From Stramenopiles sp. TOSAG23-2 (Eukaryota), in contig LT649245.1 in assembly GCA_900128395.1 (NCBI GenBank), positions 44,522-64,521 on the forward strand: a stretch of 20,000 bases of DNA. The letters are read 5' to 3'. Below are positions 19,538 to 20,000 of the stretch, one piece after another (the stretch's first letter is position 1; every line of letters starts with the position of its first letter). Made by a program: the position numbers and the translations under genes. The notes under the pieces were generated by a model. That model was not told where the DNA came from, made no database searches, and saw only the letters and a list, made by a program, of their open reading frames with translations.

Positions 19538-19766
19538 GGTGGTCTTTTTGATGTAGTTTGCTTGTTGGGTTGATTGTTGGAGTGGATGTGTCAACTTCGT
19601 TTGTTTTATTTTATTTAATGTCTTTTTGATGTAGTTTGCTTGTTGGGTTGAATGTTGGAGTGGATGTGTCAAGTTCGTTTGTTTTATTTTATTTAATGGT
19701 GGTCTTTTTGATGTAGTTTGCTTGTCGGGTTGAATGATGGATTGGATGTGTCAACTTCGTTTGTTT
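19537..19766. repeat. Three diverged tandem copies of a ~78-82 bp unit abutting the channel start codon
   Basis: gtctttttgatgtagtttgcttg..gggttga..tggatgtgtcaa.ttcgtttgttt at 19542, 19620 and 19702, with a few substitutions and a 4-bp indel. Confidence 0.93.
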
Positions 19767-20000
19767 CATTCATATTAATTTTATTTTATTATTTTTGTTT
19801 GCCTCTTCTTCTTTATATCTATTTTTGTCTTCTTCTTTTTTGTGTAACTGATCCCGCTTTGTTGGACAGAAAATTGGATTAACACTACATACCATTACAT
19901 CGCGCATATTTTTCATCAAATTTCATCATTTTTAACATTTTCAACCTAAATTTTAATATTTCATTGTTTTGATGATGGATTTTTCATTTCATTACAAGAA

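Noticed and set aside
1241..19556. Numerous short antisense or alternate-frame ORFs inside the main genes (e.g. 8409-8843, 9539-9868, 15972-16325, 18687-18989)
   Set aside because: Shadow ORFs overlapping well-supported genes, with no independent coding signal.
19538..19672. N-terminal 45-aa repeat extension of the channel in the ORF track
   Set aside because: Begins at a TTG within the tandem repeat; ATG 19537 is the more plausible start in a eukaryote.
1..20000. Functional gene cluster (e.g. APRT + ABCC nucleotide export, or a membrane-signalling cluster)
   Set aside because: Functions are heterogeneous and orientations mixed; adjacency in a compact eukaryotic genome is not evidence without conserved synteny.

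Overview
Gene-dense, AT-rich, almost intron-free eukaryotic (protist-like) genomic DNA in the standard code, with Asn-rich low-complexity proteins; a heterotrophic stramenopile-type SAG/MAG is a guess only. Genes in order: 3' end of a VWA-like gene (+), membrane-associated C2-domain gene split by a 92-bp duplication (+), redox-degenerate ERp38-type PDI (-), class I SAM methyltransferase-like gene (-), low-complexity protein (+), APRT with an N-terminal hydrophobic segment (+), two-exon ABCC/MRP transporter (-), an AT-rich island with a prokaryote/virus-like orphan ORF and a decayed PhyH-like dioxygenase, an N-gap inside a 19-bp tandem repeat, a GC-richer CRAL-TRIO+DEP+PH gene (+), and an apparently N-truncated polycystin-2-like channel (-). 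The most striking DNA structures are a perfect 1056-bp spacer-less palindrome over the PDI 5' end and four exact 92-114 bp tandem duplications. Both are most simply explained as amplification/assembly artefacts but are testable. I found no convincing multi-gene novel system; the best leads are the island at 14.1-15.6 kb and several unusual protein architectures. All family calls come from motif recognition by eye, not database searches.
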